35,229 bases of DNA, taken from positions 1 to 35,229 of the forward strand of contig DASWAI010000096.1 of the NCBI GenBank assembly GCA_036391215.1, read 5' to 3'. The first letter of the stretch is position 1; each line of letters starts with the position of its first letter. A program made the translations under genes and the position numbers. Below are positions 10,033-17,440 of the stretch, piece by piece. This DNA comes from Gemmatimonadales bacterium. GTDB lineage: Bacteria > Gemmatimonadota > Gemmatimonadetes > Gemmatimonadales > GWC2-71-9. The notes beneath the pieces are model-generated. The model saw only the letters and a program-made list of their open reading frames with translations, searched no databases and had not been told where the DNA came from.

Positions 10033-10067
10033 GGCCGGCGGACCCCAGGGTCCCGCCGGCCTTTTTT
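10033..10067 (+). terminator. Rho-independent terminator closing the tad operon
   Basis: ggccggcggacc (10033-10044) pairs with ggtcccgccggcc (10049-10061), with one bulged C and a 4-nt loop. TTTTTT follows at 10062-10067. Confidence 0.75.
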
Positions 10068-10099
10068 GATGGTAAATTGGCGCACCAGCAGATTCGAGG

Positions 10100-11551
10100 A
10101 TGCGCGAGATGCACCGACGAACCTTACTTGCCCTCGGGCTTGGCGCCTGCGCGGCCGTCGTCTGGGCCTGCGCCGTCAATCCCGTCACCGGGAAGAGCGA
10201 ACTCTCCCTCGTGTCCGAGTCCCAGGAGATCGAGATGGGCCGGCAGAGCGCGCAGAGCGTGCAGCAGAGCATCGGTTACTACGACGATGCGGCGGTTCAG
10301 GCGTACGTCGCCGGCATCGGGCAGAAGATGGCGGCTGCCTCCGAGCGGCCCCAGCTCCCCTGGGAATTCCACGTCGTGAACGACGCCGCCATCAACGCAT
10401 TCGCGCTACCGGGCGGCTTCATCTACGTGACCCGCGGGCTCATGACGTCCATCACCAATGAGGCGGAGCTCGCGACGGTGGTGGGCCACGAGATCGGCCA
10501 CGTCACCAACCGCCATTCCGTGCAGCAGATCTCCCGCGCCGAGCTCGCCCAGATCGGACTTGGCGTCGGTTCCATGCTGAACTCCACGGTCGCCCAGCTC
10601 AGCGGGGTGTTCGGGCAGGGGCTCAGCATCCTGTTCCTCAAGTACGGGCGGGATGCGGAGAACGAGGCGGACCTCGCCGGGTTCCGCTACGCACTGAACC
10701 AGAACTACGACGTTCGGCAGATGATCAACATGTTCGCGACCGTCCAGGCGGAGAGCCAGCTGAGCGGCGCCGGGCGGGTGCCGGAGTGGCTTTCCACCCA
10801 TCCCGATCCCGGCAACCGGATCCAGACCACCCAGGCCCGGCTCGACACGCTGCACAAGGATCTGAGCAAAGCGATGGTGCGCCGGGACGAGTACCTCCAG
10901 CGGATCAACGGGATGGTCTACGGAGAGGATCCTCGCCAGGGCTTCTTCCGCGGCGCGCTCTTCCTGCATCCCGACCTCCGGTTCCAGCTGCAGTTCCCGG
11001 ACGGCTGGAAGACCCAGAACACGGCGGACGCCGTGGTGGCGGCGAGCCCGAACCAGGATGCCATCATCCAGCTCCAGCTGGCGGGCAAGACCGCTCCATT
11101 GGACGCCGCCCGCCAGTTCCTCTCCCAGCAGGGCGTCACGGCGGGGCAGGGAACGACGCAGTCCATCAACGGGCTGTCGGCGGCCGCGAGCTATTTCTCG
11201 GCCCAGACCCAGCAGGGGCAGGTCGAAGGACTGGTCACGTTCGTCTCGTACGGCGGAACCACCTACGGCATCATCGGGTACACCCCGGCCGGCGGCCTGC
11301 GCAGCTACGACCAGGCTTTTCGCGCGACGGCCGGGAGCTTCCGCCAGCTCACGGACCCGACGGCGCTCAACGTGCGCCCGGCCCGGATCCAGCTGGTCAA
11401 GGTGGACCAGCCGATGACACTGGCGCAGTTCAACCAGCGCTACCCGTCCACCGTGCGGATCGAGGAGGTGGCGTTGATCAACGGAGTGGAGGGACCGGAT
11501 GCGGCCCTGCGGCCGGGACAGCAATACAAGAGGGTGGTGGCGGGAAAGTGA
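10100..11551 (+). CDS. M48-family zinc metallopeptidase, probable lipoprotein
   Basis: HEIGH zinc motif in VVGHEIGHVTNRH. Lipobox-like LGLGAC in the signal peptide. 483 aa. An alternative ATG lies at 10109. Confidence 0.9.
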   Translation: MREMHRRTLLALGLGACAAVVWACAVNPVTGKSELSLVSESQEIEMGRQSAQSVQQSIGYYDDAAVQAYVAGIGQKMAAASERPQLPWEFHVVNDAAINAFALPGGFIYVTRGLMTSITNEAELATVVGHEIGHVTNRHSVQQISRAELAQIGLGVGSMLNSTVAQLSGVFGQGLSILFLKYGRDAENEADLAGFRYALNQNYDVRQMINMFATVQAESQLSGAGRVPEWLSTHPDPGNRIQTTQARLDTLHKDLSKAMVRRDEYLQRINGMVYGEDPRQGFFRGALFLHPDLRFQLQFPDGWKTQNTADAVVAASPNQDAIIQLQLAGKTAPLDAARQFLSQQGVTAGQGTTQSINGLSAAASYFSAQTQQGQVEGLVTFVSYGGTTYGIIGYTPAGGLRSYDQAFRATAGSFRQLTDPTALNVRPARIQLVKVDQPMTLAQFNQRYPSTVRIEEVALINGVEGPDAALRPGQQYKRVVAGK

Positions 11552-11627
11552 GAAGTGAGCAGTGAGCAGTGAGAAGTGAGAAGTGAGAAGGCAGCGGCCA
11601 TCCACCTTCTCACTTCTCACTGCTCAC
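11548..11627. repeat. Inverted pair of heptamer arrays (GTGAGAA/GTGAGCA x6, spacer, TTCTCAC/TGCTCAC x3)
   Basis: Read directly. Six forward units span 11548-11589 and three reverse-complement units span 11607-11627. A perfect 21-bp stem is possible between 11562-11582 and 11607-11627. Confidence 0.9.
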
Positions 11628-12270
11628 TAACCAGCTCCCGCGCCCGCTCGAATATCGCGTGCCACATCTTCCGGGTCAGCTTCCCGGTGTTGGTGTTCTG
11701 CCGGCTGGGGTGGAACGAGGAGAGCAGGATCCTTCCGTCGGGCAGGGTGGCCTCGGCGCCGTGCGCGAACGGCGGCCGCTCAGCCGGCCGGAGCCGGTCC
11801 CACCATCCGCTCGCGCGCAGCCAGCCCTCCCATGCCACCCGCCCGAGCACGAGCACGACTTTGACCGACCCAAGCAGGCCGAGCTCCCGCTCGAGGAACG
11901 GCCGGCAGCGGTCCAGCTCCCGGCGGGTCGGCTTGTTGTCGGGCGGAGCGCAGCGGGCGGTGGCGGTGATCCAGCAGCTGGACAGGGTGAGGCCGTCGTC
12001 GCGGGCGCGGGAGACCGGACTGCTCGCAAAGCCGTACCGGTGCAGGGCCTCGTAGAGCCAGTCGCCGCTCGAGTCGCCGGTGAACATCCGGCCGGTACGG
12101 TTGGCGCCGTGGGCCGCGGGCGCGAGGCCCACGATCATGAGGCGGGCGGTGGGATCGCCGAAGGCGGGCACCGGCCGTCCCCAGTAGGTCCACTCGCGAA
12201 ACTCGCGCTTCTTCTGCCGGGCCACCTTCCGCCGGTGGGCCACGAGCCGGGGACAGCGCTCGCAGCTCAC
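11617..12270 (-). CDS. Fe-S uracil-DNA glycosylase, family 4/5 (UdgB-like)
   Basis: CERCPRL near the N-terminus and the GLAPAAHGANRTGRMFTGD motif. The stop TGA 11617-11619 lies inside the heptamer array. The true start may lie upstream (see findings). Confidence 0.85.
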   Translation of the reverse strand: MSCERCPRLVAHRRKVARQKKREFREWTYWGRPVPAFGDPTARLMIVGLAPAAHGANRTGRMFTGDSSGDWLYEALHRYGFASSPVSRARDDGLTLSSCWITATARCAPPDNKPTRRELDRCRPFLERELGLLGSVKVVLVLGRVAWEGWLRASGWWDRLRPAERPPFAHGAEATLPDGRILLSSFHPSRQNTNTGKLTRKMWHAIFERARELVSEQ

Positions 12271-12314
12271 GATCGCCCGCTCCAGCGCGGCCAGCTCGCG
12301 CGGGATGGACTGGG

Positions 12315-13604
12315 TCAGCTCACTCTCCGGGTCTTCCGCTTCATGAAGTCCATGAGGATGAACTGGCCCAGCGTCATCGTGTTGGTGAAGTACGCCTTCC
12401 CCTTGCAGATGGCCGCGACCTGCTTGACGAACTCCACCAGGCTCCGGTCGCGCGCGAGCATGAACGTGTTGATCATGATGCCGCTGCGCCGGCAGTTGGC
12501 CACCTCGCGGTAGGTGGCGGCCAGGATCTGCGGGTCGAGCCCCATCGAGTTCACGTAGATCCGGCCGTCGGGCATCGTGAGCGCGGACGGCTTCCCGTCC
12601 GTGATCATGATGATCTGGCGCATGTCCTTCTTCTGGCCCAGCAGGATGCGCCGGGCGAGCTTGAGCCCCTCGGCGGTGTTGGTGTGATAGGGCCCGACCT
12701 GCGCCGCGGCCAGCGCGCTCAGCGGGATCTCCTCCGCCGAGTCGTGGAAGAGCACGACCCGGAGGCTGTCACCCGGGAACTGGGTGCGGATGAGGTGGGT
12801 GAGCGCGAGGGCCACCTTCTTGGCCGGGGTGAACCGGTCCTCCCCGTACAGGATCATCGAGTGGGAGCAGTCGAGCATCAGCACCGTCGCGGAGGACGAA
12901 CGGTATTCCGACTGGCTCACCATCAGGTCCTCGTACTCGAGGTTGAGCGGCACCCCCAGCCCCTCGCGGGCGATCGCGCTGCCGAGCGTGGCCGGCACGT
13001 CGAGGTTGAGCACGTCGCCGAACTCGTACGGCTTGCTGGTCCCCTCGGTCTCGACGCCGGTGGCCAGATAAGGGGTCTCGTGGGCCCCGAAGCTCGACTT
13101 GCCGACGCTCCCGAGCAGGTTCTTGAGCGTCTTGTAGCCGAGGAAGTCGATGCCCTTCTCGGTGAGGTTGAAGTGCACCTGCTGGGCGGCGGACTGGGCC
13201 ATGCCCCCGGGGCCAAGGACGGACTGATAGCCGCCCGGCACCTGGGGGGCCTGGCTCACGTTCAGGTACCCCTCGTCGATCAGCCGCTGCACGATCCGGT
13301 CGAGCAGCTCGCCCAACGCCCGCTCGATCTCCTTGTCGCGATCCGGATCGCCCGTCCCTTCGCCGCGGAGCACCTTGAGCATCTCCGGCGTGAGCTGGCC
13401 GGACTCCATGAGGGCCCGAAGCACCGCCTGCTTGAGGGCGTCGAGCGAGCGGTCGCCGCCCTCCATCTCGTCCTGCCAGAACGACTGCCCCTGCCCGGCG
13501 AAGCCGGACTGGAGCAGGAAGTCGCTCAACTGGTCGAGCAGGCCCTGGAGATTGACCGCGTCGGCGAGTTCGGGGACGAATTTCGAGTACGTCGTGAAGC
13601 GCAT
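12315..13604 (-). CDS. von Willebrand factor A domain protein (COG4867-like, partner type of ChlI-like ATPases)
   Basis: ATG 13604. The C-terminal vWA domain has an intact MIDAS DxSxS motif (VLMLDCSHSM). 429 aa. Confidence 0.85.
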   Translation of the reverse strand: MRFTTYSKFVPELADAVNLQGLLDQLSDFLLQSGFAGQGQSFWQDEMEGGDRSLDALKQAVLRALMESGQLTPEMLKVLRGEGTGDPDRDKEIERALGELLDRIVQRLIDEGYLNVSQAPQVPGGYQSVLGPGGMAQSAAQQVHFNLTEKGIDFLGYKTLKNLLGSVGKSSFGAHETPYLATGVETEGTSKPYEFGDVLNLDVPATLGSAIAREGLGVPLNLEYEDLMVSQSEYRSSSATVLMLDCSHSMILYGEDRFTPAKKVALALTHLIRTQFPGDSLRVVLFHDSAEEIPLSALAAAQVGPYHTNTAEGLKLARRILLGQKKDMRQIIMITDGKPSALTMPDGRIYVNSMGLDPQILAATYREVANCRRSGIMINTFMLARDRSLVEFVKQVAAICKGKAYFTNTMTLGQFILMDFMKRKTRRVS

Positions 13605-13616
13605 GGGGCGAGCCGC

Positions 13617-13772
13617 GTAAACGGTGAACCGGGGGCCTGTGGGGGATGCCCTGCCTCCTCAATGCTATCCCCGATTCCGGGCTGGTTCAATGCGGGCGGC
13701 CGTGCCCAGGGGCCCTGGGCCATTCGCGGTTTCCGCCGTCCCCCGGTTCATTGTTCACCGCTCACTGTTTAC
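13617..13772. repeat. About 156-bp composite element: inverted heptamer arrays (GTAAACG GTGAACC ... GGTTCAT TGTTCAC CGCTCAC TGTTTAC) flanking about 110 bp
   Basis: Left array 13617-13630 plus GGGGG. Right array is CCCCC plus 13745-13772. gtgaaccggggg (13624-13635) pairs 11/12 with cccccggttcat (13740-13751). A small internal hairpin lies at 13704-13720. Confidence 0.75.
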
Positions 13773-13792
13773 TCTTGGGCGTGTCCACCGCC

Positions 13793-15034
13793 ATGACCGC
13801 CGCGTCCGCGCTCCCCCGGGCCGCCGCCCTGCGGCTCCGGTCGACGTTCGCCGCGCTCCGCCACCGCAACTTCCGCCTCTTCCTGATTGGCCAGTTCGTC
13901 TCGCTGTGCGGCACCCTGATGCAGCAGGTGGCGCTCGGGTGGCTGGTCCTCGAGATCACCAACTCGCCCTTCGCCGTCGGCCTGGTGACGACGCTCGGGT
14001 CGCTTCCCATCCTGGTGCTCACGCTCTACGGCGGCGTGCTGGCGGACCGGGTGGACAAGCGGCGCTTCGTGCTCCTGCTCCAATGCCTGATGCTGACCGA
14101 GGCCCTGGCGCTCGCCGTCCTCACCGCCTTTCACCGGATCACGGTGCACTGGATCATGGGGCTCGCGGTGTTCGCCGGCACTCTGTCCGCCTTCGAGGTA
14201 CCCACCCGCCAGGCCCTGGTGGCGGACTTGGTCGAGCGGGAAGACCTGATGAACGCCCTCGCGCTCAGCTCGATGGGGTTCAACGTGGCCCGGGTGATCG
14301 GTCCCGCCATCGCGGGCGCCCTGATCGCGCTCTGGGGCCTGGCGGCCTGCTTCTTCGGGAACGCCCTCAGCTATCTCGCGGTGGTCGCGAGCCTGGTGCT
14401 CATGCGCACAGCCCCGCCGGCGTCCGGCTCCCGCCCGAACGCGCTGGCCGCGATGAAGGAGGGGTTCCGCTACGTGATGGACAACCGGTGGCCCCGCGCG
14501 CTGGTGGTGCTGATCGCGGGCTTCGCCGTCTTCGGGTTCCCGTTCATCATCATGGCCCCGGTCTTCGCGCGGGACGTGCTCCGGGTCGGGGCCTCGGGCT
14601 ACGCCGCCCTGGTCTCGGCGATCGGCGTGGGCGCGGCCGTCGGCGCGCTCGCGCTGGCCGGGTTCGGGAAGCGCTACCGCAAGGAGCGGCTCCTGATCGC
14701 GGCGTCGGCGCTGTTCGGCGTGACGCTCGCGAGCATCGCGCTGGTCTCGAGCTTCTCGGCGTCGATCGCGCTCTTCACCCTGGCGGGATGGACGATGGCC
14801 ACCAACGGCATCCTGGGGAACACCCTGCTCCAGATCCAGGCGCCGGACCACCTGCGCGGCCGGGTGATGGGCGTGTACTCGTTCCTGGTCCTCGGCCTGG
14901 CGCCGTTCGGCTCGTTCCAGGCCGGCCTCGTCGCCGAGCATCTCGGCGTGCGCTACTCGATCGGGCTTGGCGGCGCGGTATGCTGCCTCACCGTTGCCGG
15001 CGTCGCCTGGTACCTCGGACGCACCAGACCATGA
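13793..15034 (+). CDS. MFS transporter (EntS/MFS_3-like exporter)
   Basis: Multiple hydrophobic helices. The conserved N-terminus begins at MTAASALPRAAALRLRSTFAALRHRNFRLFLIGQF and includes YGGVLADRVDKRR. The upstream part of track ORF 13646 covers the repeat element and looks non-coding. GTG 13781 is an alternative start. Confidence 0.85.
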   Translation: MTAASALPRAAALRLRSTFAALRHRNFRLFLIGQFVSLCGTLMQQVALGWLVLEITNSPFAVGLVTTLGSLPILVLTLYGGVLADRVDKRRFVLLLQCLMLTEALALAVLTAFHRITVHWIMGLAVFAGTLSAFEVPTRQALVADLVEREDLMNALALSSMGFNVARVIGPAIAGALIALWGLAACFFGNALSYLAVVASLVLMRTAPPASGSRPNALAAMKEGFRYVMDNRWPRALVVLIAGFAVFGFPFIIMAPVFARDVLRVGASGYAALVSAIGVGAAVGALALAGFGKRYRKERLLIAASALFGVTLASIALVSSFSASIALFTLAGWTMATNGILGNTLLQIQAPDHLRGRVMGVYSFLVLGLAPFGSFQAGLVAEHLGVRYSIGLGGAVCCLTVAGVAWYLGRTRP

Positions 15035-15052
15035 CCGCACCGTGAGGCAGCC

Positions 15053-15676
15053 ATGCTGATCACCGTCTCCCGCGAGTACGGCGCCGGCGGGTCCGAAGTC
15101 GCGCGGCGCGTGGCGGACGCCCTCGGCTGGCGGCTGGTGGACAACGAGCTGCTCGAGCGGGTGGCGGCCCGCGCCGGGATCTCGCCGGAAGACATGGCCG
15201 GGATCGAGGAGCGGACGCCGAGCTTCATCGAGCGGCTCGCGCGGGTGCTCGCCACCTCGACGCCAGAGCTGTTCCCGCCGCCTACCGGCACCGTGGCGGA
15301 GCTGTCGGAAGCCACGCTGGTCCGGATTACCGAGGCGGTCGTGGAGGAGGCGGCGCGGGACGGGCGGGCGGTCCTGGTGGGGCGGGCCGCGCCGGCGGTG
15401 CTGGCGCGGGAGCGGGACGCGCTCCACGTCCGGCTGGTCGCCAGCCGCGCGTTCCGCATCCGGGCCACCGCCGAGCGCCTGGGACTCGACCCCAAGGAGG
15501 CCGAGCGGATCATGGTCCAGACCGACGCGCAGCGGGAGCGGTACCATCGCGAGCACTACGCCCGCGCCTGGGCCGACCCGGTGGGCTATCATCTCGTGAT
15601 CAACACGGAGCGGCTGGGCTACGACGGAGCGGCGGCGGTGATCGTGGCGGAGGCGAGGAGGAGAGGCTGGAGGTGA
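15053..15676 (+). CDS. Cytidylate kinase-like family protein (Cytidylate_kin2 type)
   Basis: The N-terminus MLITVSREYGAGGSEVARRVA is the hallmark of this family. The stop TGA 15674-15676 lies in a heptamer unit. Confidence 0.8.
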   Translation: MLITVSREYGAGGSEVARRVADALGWRLVDNELLERVAARAGISPEDMAGIEERTPSFIERLARVLATSTPELFPPPTGTVAELSEATLVRITEAVVEEAARDGRAVLVGRAAPAVLARERDALHVRLVASRAFRIRATAERLGLDPKEAERIMVQTDAQRERYHREHYARAWADPVGYHLVINTERLGYDGAAAVIVAEARRRGWR

Positions 15677-15718
15677 GAGGTGAGAGGGACGTTCCCCCCT
15701 TACCTCTCACCTCTTACT
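15671..15718. repeat. Inverted heptamer pair (AGGTGAG x2 ... CCTCTCACCTCTTAC) forming a hairpin between convergent genes
   Basis: 15673-15687 pairs with 15703-15717, about 15 bp including one G-U. The loop is 15 nt. Confidence 0.85.
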
Positions 15719-15728
15719 CTCTCCTTGC

Positions 15729-17204
15729 TCACCCAAAGGAGATCCCGCCTTTCCCGTACCCCGGCTCCCGCCGCTCCGGCTTGGCCCGGGTGTAGCCCAG
15801 CTCCTCGCTCCGGCTGATGCGCTTCTGGGCGGCCAGGCCCTCCAGCACCAGCTCGCAGGCGGCCACCTCGTACCCCGCGTCGCCGCGGGGCGCGAGGCCC
15901 ACGTCGCTCACAAGGTCCAGAAGCCCGGGGACGACCCCGAAGCCCTTGAGGCCCACCTCGGCCCGCTCGTCGCCCGAGATCTTGAGCGCCCCGCCCTGGT
16001 CGAACCAGGCGACGACGCGCCCGAGATCGGCGCCGCCGGCCCGGTCCTCCAGCACCCGCCCCGCCGCCCGGCGGATCAGCTCGCGGGCGATGACGTCGCC
16101 GCCCTGCAGCTCGCCTTCGTACTCCAGCTCCAGCTTGCCGGTGATCGCCGGCGTGGCCGCGTAGACGTCGCTCACCCGCGGGACGGCCCGCCGCTCGTGC
16201 AGGGCGAGCGCCCGGCGCTCCGCGTTCGACACCACGCTCTCCAGCACGCTGATCGGGAGCCGCTGGCTCACGCCCGAGCGGCGGTCCACCCGCTTGTCCT
16301 CCCGTGCCTCGAACGCCACCCGCTCGACCAGCTCGAGGATGAAGTCGGGCACGGCCACCTCGGGTCCGTCCCGACGGGTCCATGCCTCCTGCGCCGTGAT
16401 CTCCATGCCGAGCTGCACGGTGCGGGGGTAGTGGGTGATGACCTCGGAGCCGATCCGGTCCTTGAGCGGGGTGATGATCTTCCCCCGCGCGGTGTAGTCC
16501 TCCGGGTTCGCGGTGAACGCGAGCAGCACGTCCAGCGGCAGGCGCACGGGATAGCCTTTGATCTGGACGTCGCCTTCCTGCATGATGTTGAACAGGCCCA
16601 CCTGGACCTTGCCGCTCAGATCGGGCAGCTCGTTGATCGCGAAGATGCCGCGGTTGGCCCGGGGCAGGAGCCCGAAGTGCATCGTGAGCTCGTCGGAGAG
16701 CAGGTGGCCGCCGCGCGCCGCCTTGATCGGGTCCACGTCGCCGATGATGTCGGCGATGGTGACGTCCGGTGTCGCGAGCTTCTCGACGTAGCGCTGCGAC
16801 CGGTCGAGCCACGCGATGGCGGTGGCGTCCCCGCATTCGGCCAGCCGGTCGCGGGCGTACTTGGAGATGGGGGCGAAGGGGTCGTCGTTCACCTCGCTCC
16901 CAGCCACGATGGGGATCCGCTCGTCCAGGAGCGAGACCAGCTGGCGCAGGATGCGGCTCTTGGCCTGGCCGCGAAGCCCGAGGAGGATGAAGTGGTGCCG
17001 GGCCAGGAGGGCGTTGACCAGCTGGGGGACGATGCTGTCCTCGTAGCCGACGATCCCCGGGAAGAGCTCCTCGCCCGAGGCCAGCCGGGCGACGAGGTTG
17101 GAGCGGATTTCGTCCCGCACCCTCCGCCCGCGGAGCGGGGGGTCGGCCCAGGGGCTGTTGCGGAGCTCCCCGAGAGTCCGGGGCTGGATGCCGTGCGCTT
17201 TCAC
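15729..17204 (-). CDS. ChlI/BchI-like (Mg-chelatase-type) AAA+ ATPase with variant Walker motifs
   Basis: [18 protein letters not shown] and [14 protein letters not shown] align to the ChlI Walker B and Walker A regions. GTG 17204 has GAGG 7 nt upstream. The extension to the track start at 17327 is Pro/Gly/Arg-rich and probably untranslated. Confidence 0.8.
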   Translation of the reverse strand: MKAHGIQPRTLGELRNSPWADPPLRGRRVRDEIRSNLVARLASGEELFPGIVGYEDSIVPQLVNALLARHHFILLGLRGQAKSRILRQLVSLLDERIPIVAGSEVNDDPFAPISKYARDRLAECGDATAIAWLDRSQRYVEKLATPDVTIADIIGDVDPIKAARGGHLLSDELTMHFGLLPRANRGIFAINELPDLSGKVQVGLFNIMQEGDVQIKGYPVRLPLDVLLAFTANPEDYTARGKIITPLKDRIGSEVITHYPRTVQLGMEITAQEAWTRRDGPEVAVPDFILELVERVAFEAREDKRVDRRSGVSQRLPISVLESVVSNAERRALALHERRAVPRVSDVYAATPAITGKLELEYEGELQGGDVIARELIRRAAGRVLEDRAGGADLGRVVAWFDQGGALKISGDERAEVGLKGFGVVPGLLDLVSDVGLAPRGDAGYEVAACELVLEGLAAQKRISRSEELGYTRAKPERREPGYGKGGISFG

Positions 17205-17333
17205 GAAGCTACCTCGACTCGGCGGGGCTGCGGCGACGCGCCGGGCCCCTCGTTGCGGAACGTGGCCGGATGGGACCGCCGGGGCAAGTCCGGTGCCGGG
17301 CACGACATAGCTAAGTCGGCCCCCCACGGCGGC

Positions 17334-17361
17334 TTGACAAATGCCGACGGGGCCTTAGCTT
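17334..17361 (+). promoter_or_regulatory. Candidate sigma-70-type promoter for the small lipoprotein gene
   Basis: TTGACA (17334-17339), a 16-nt spacer, then TAGCTT (17356-17361), about 80 nt upstream of ATG 17441. It is bracketed by the imperfect inverted repeat AGCTAAG..GGCCCC / GGGGCCTTAGCT. Confidence 0.4.
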
Positions 17362-17440
17362 CGCACGCCGTACGCCCGACGACAGCGGCGGCATGCGCCC
17401 TATGTCTTCCTGGACACCCAACCATTTAAGGAGCAACACC

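Noticed and set aside
1-10067. A search for an Flp prepilin gene and the TadV/CpaA prepilin peptidase within the tad block.
   Set aside because: There is no small ORF with an Flp-type leader and hydrophobic segment, and no aspartic peptidase-like membrane ORF, in the window. They are presumably upstream of cpaB, outside the window, so nothing is reported.
11548-11627. Whether the heptamer arrays could be a CRISPR array or a mini-CRISPR.
   Set aside because: The units are 7 nt and directly abutting with no spacers, there are no cas genes, and the arrays are 20-45 nt long. This is incompatible with CRISPR.
13633-13642. The 10-mer GGGCCTGTGG shared between the two about 150-bp composite elements (13633-13642 and 24169-24178) as evidence of common descent.
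   Set aside because: It sits in non-equivalent positions and orientations relative to the arrays, and the rest of the interiors do not align by eye. A single GC-rich 10-mer match is too weak.
13646-13792. N-terminal extension of the MFS ORF (MPCLLNAIPDSGLVQCGRPCPG...).
   Set aside because: It runs through the heptamer-array element and the divergent promoter region. Recognisable MFS sequence starts at MTAAS (13793).
17205-17327. The 41-codon extension of the ChlI-like ATPase to ATG 17327.
   Set aside because: It is a Pro/Gly/Arg-rich, non-conserved-looking peptide. GTG 17204 has a GAGG at proper spacing and begins right before the conserved-looking [10 protein letters not shown]-terminus. 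The call remains uncertain.
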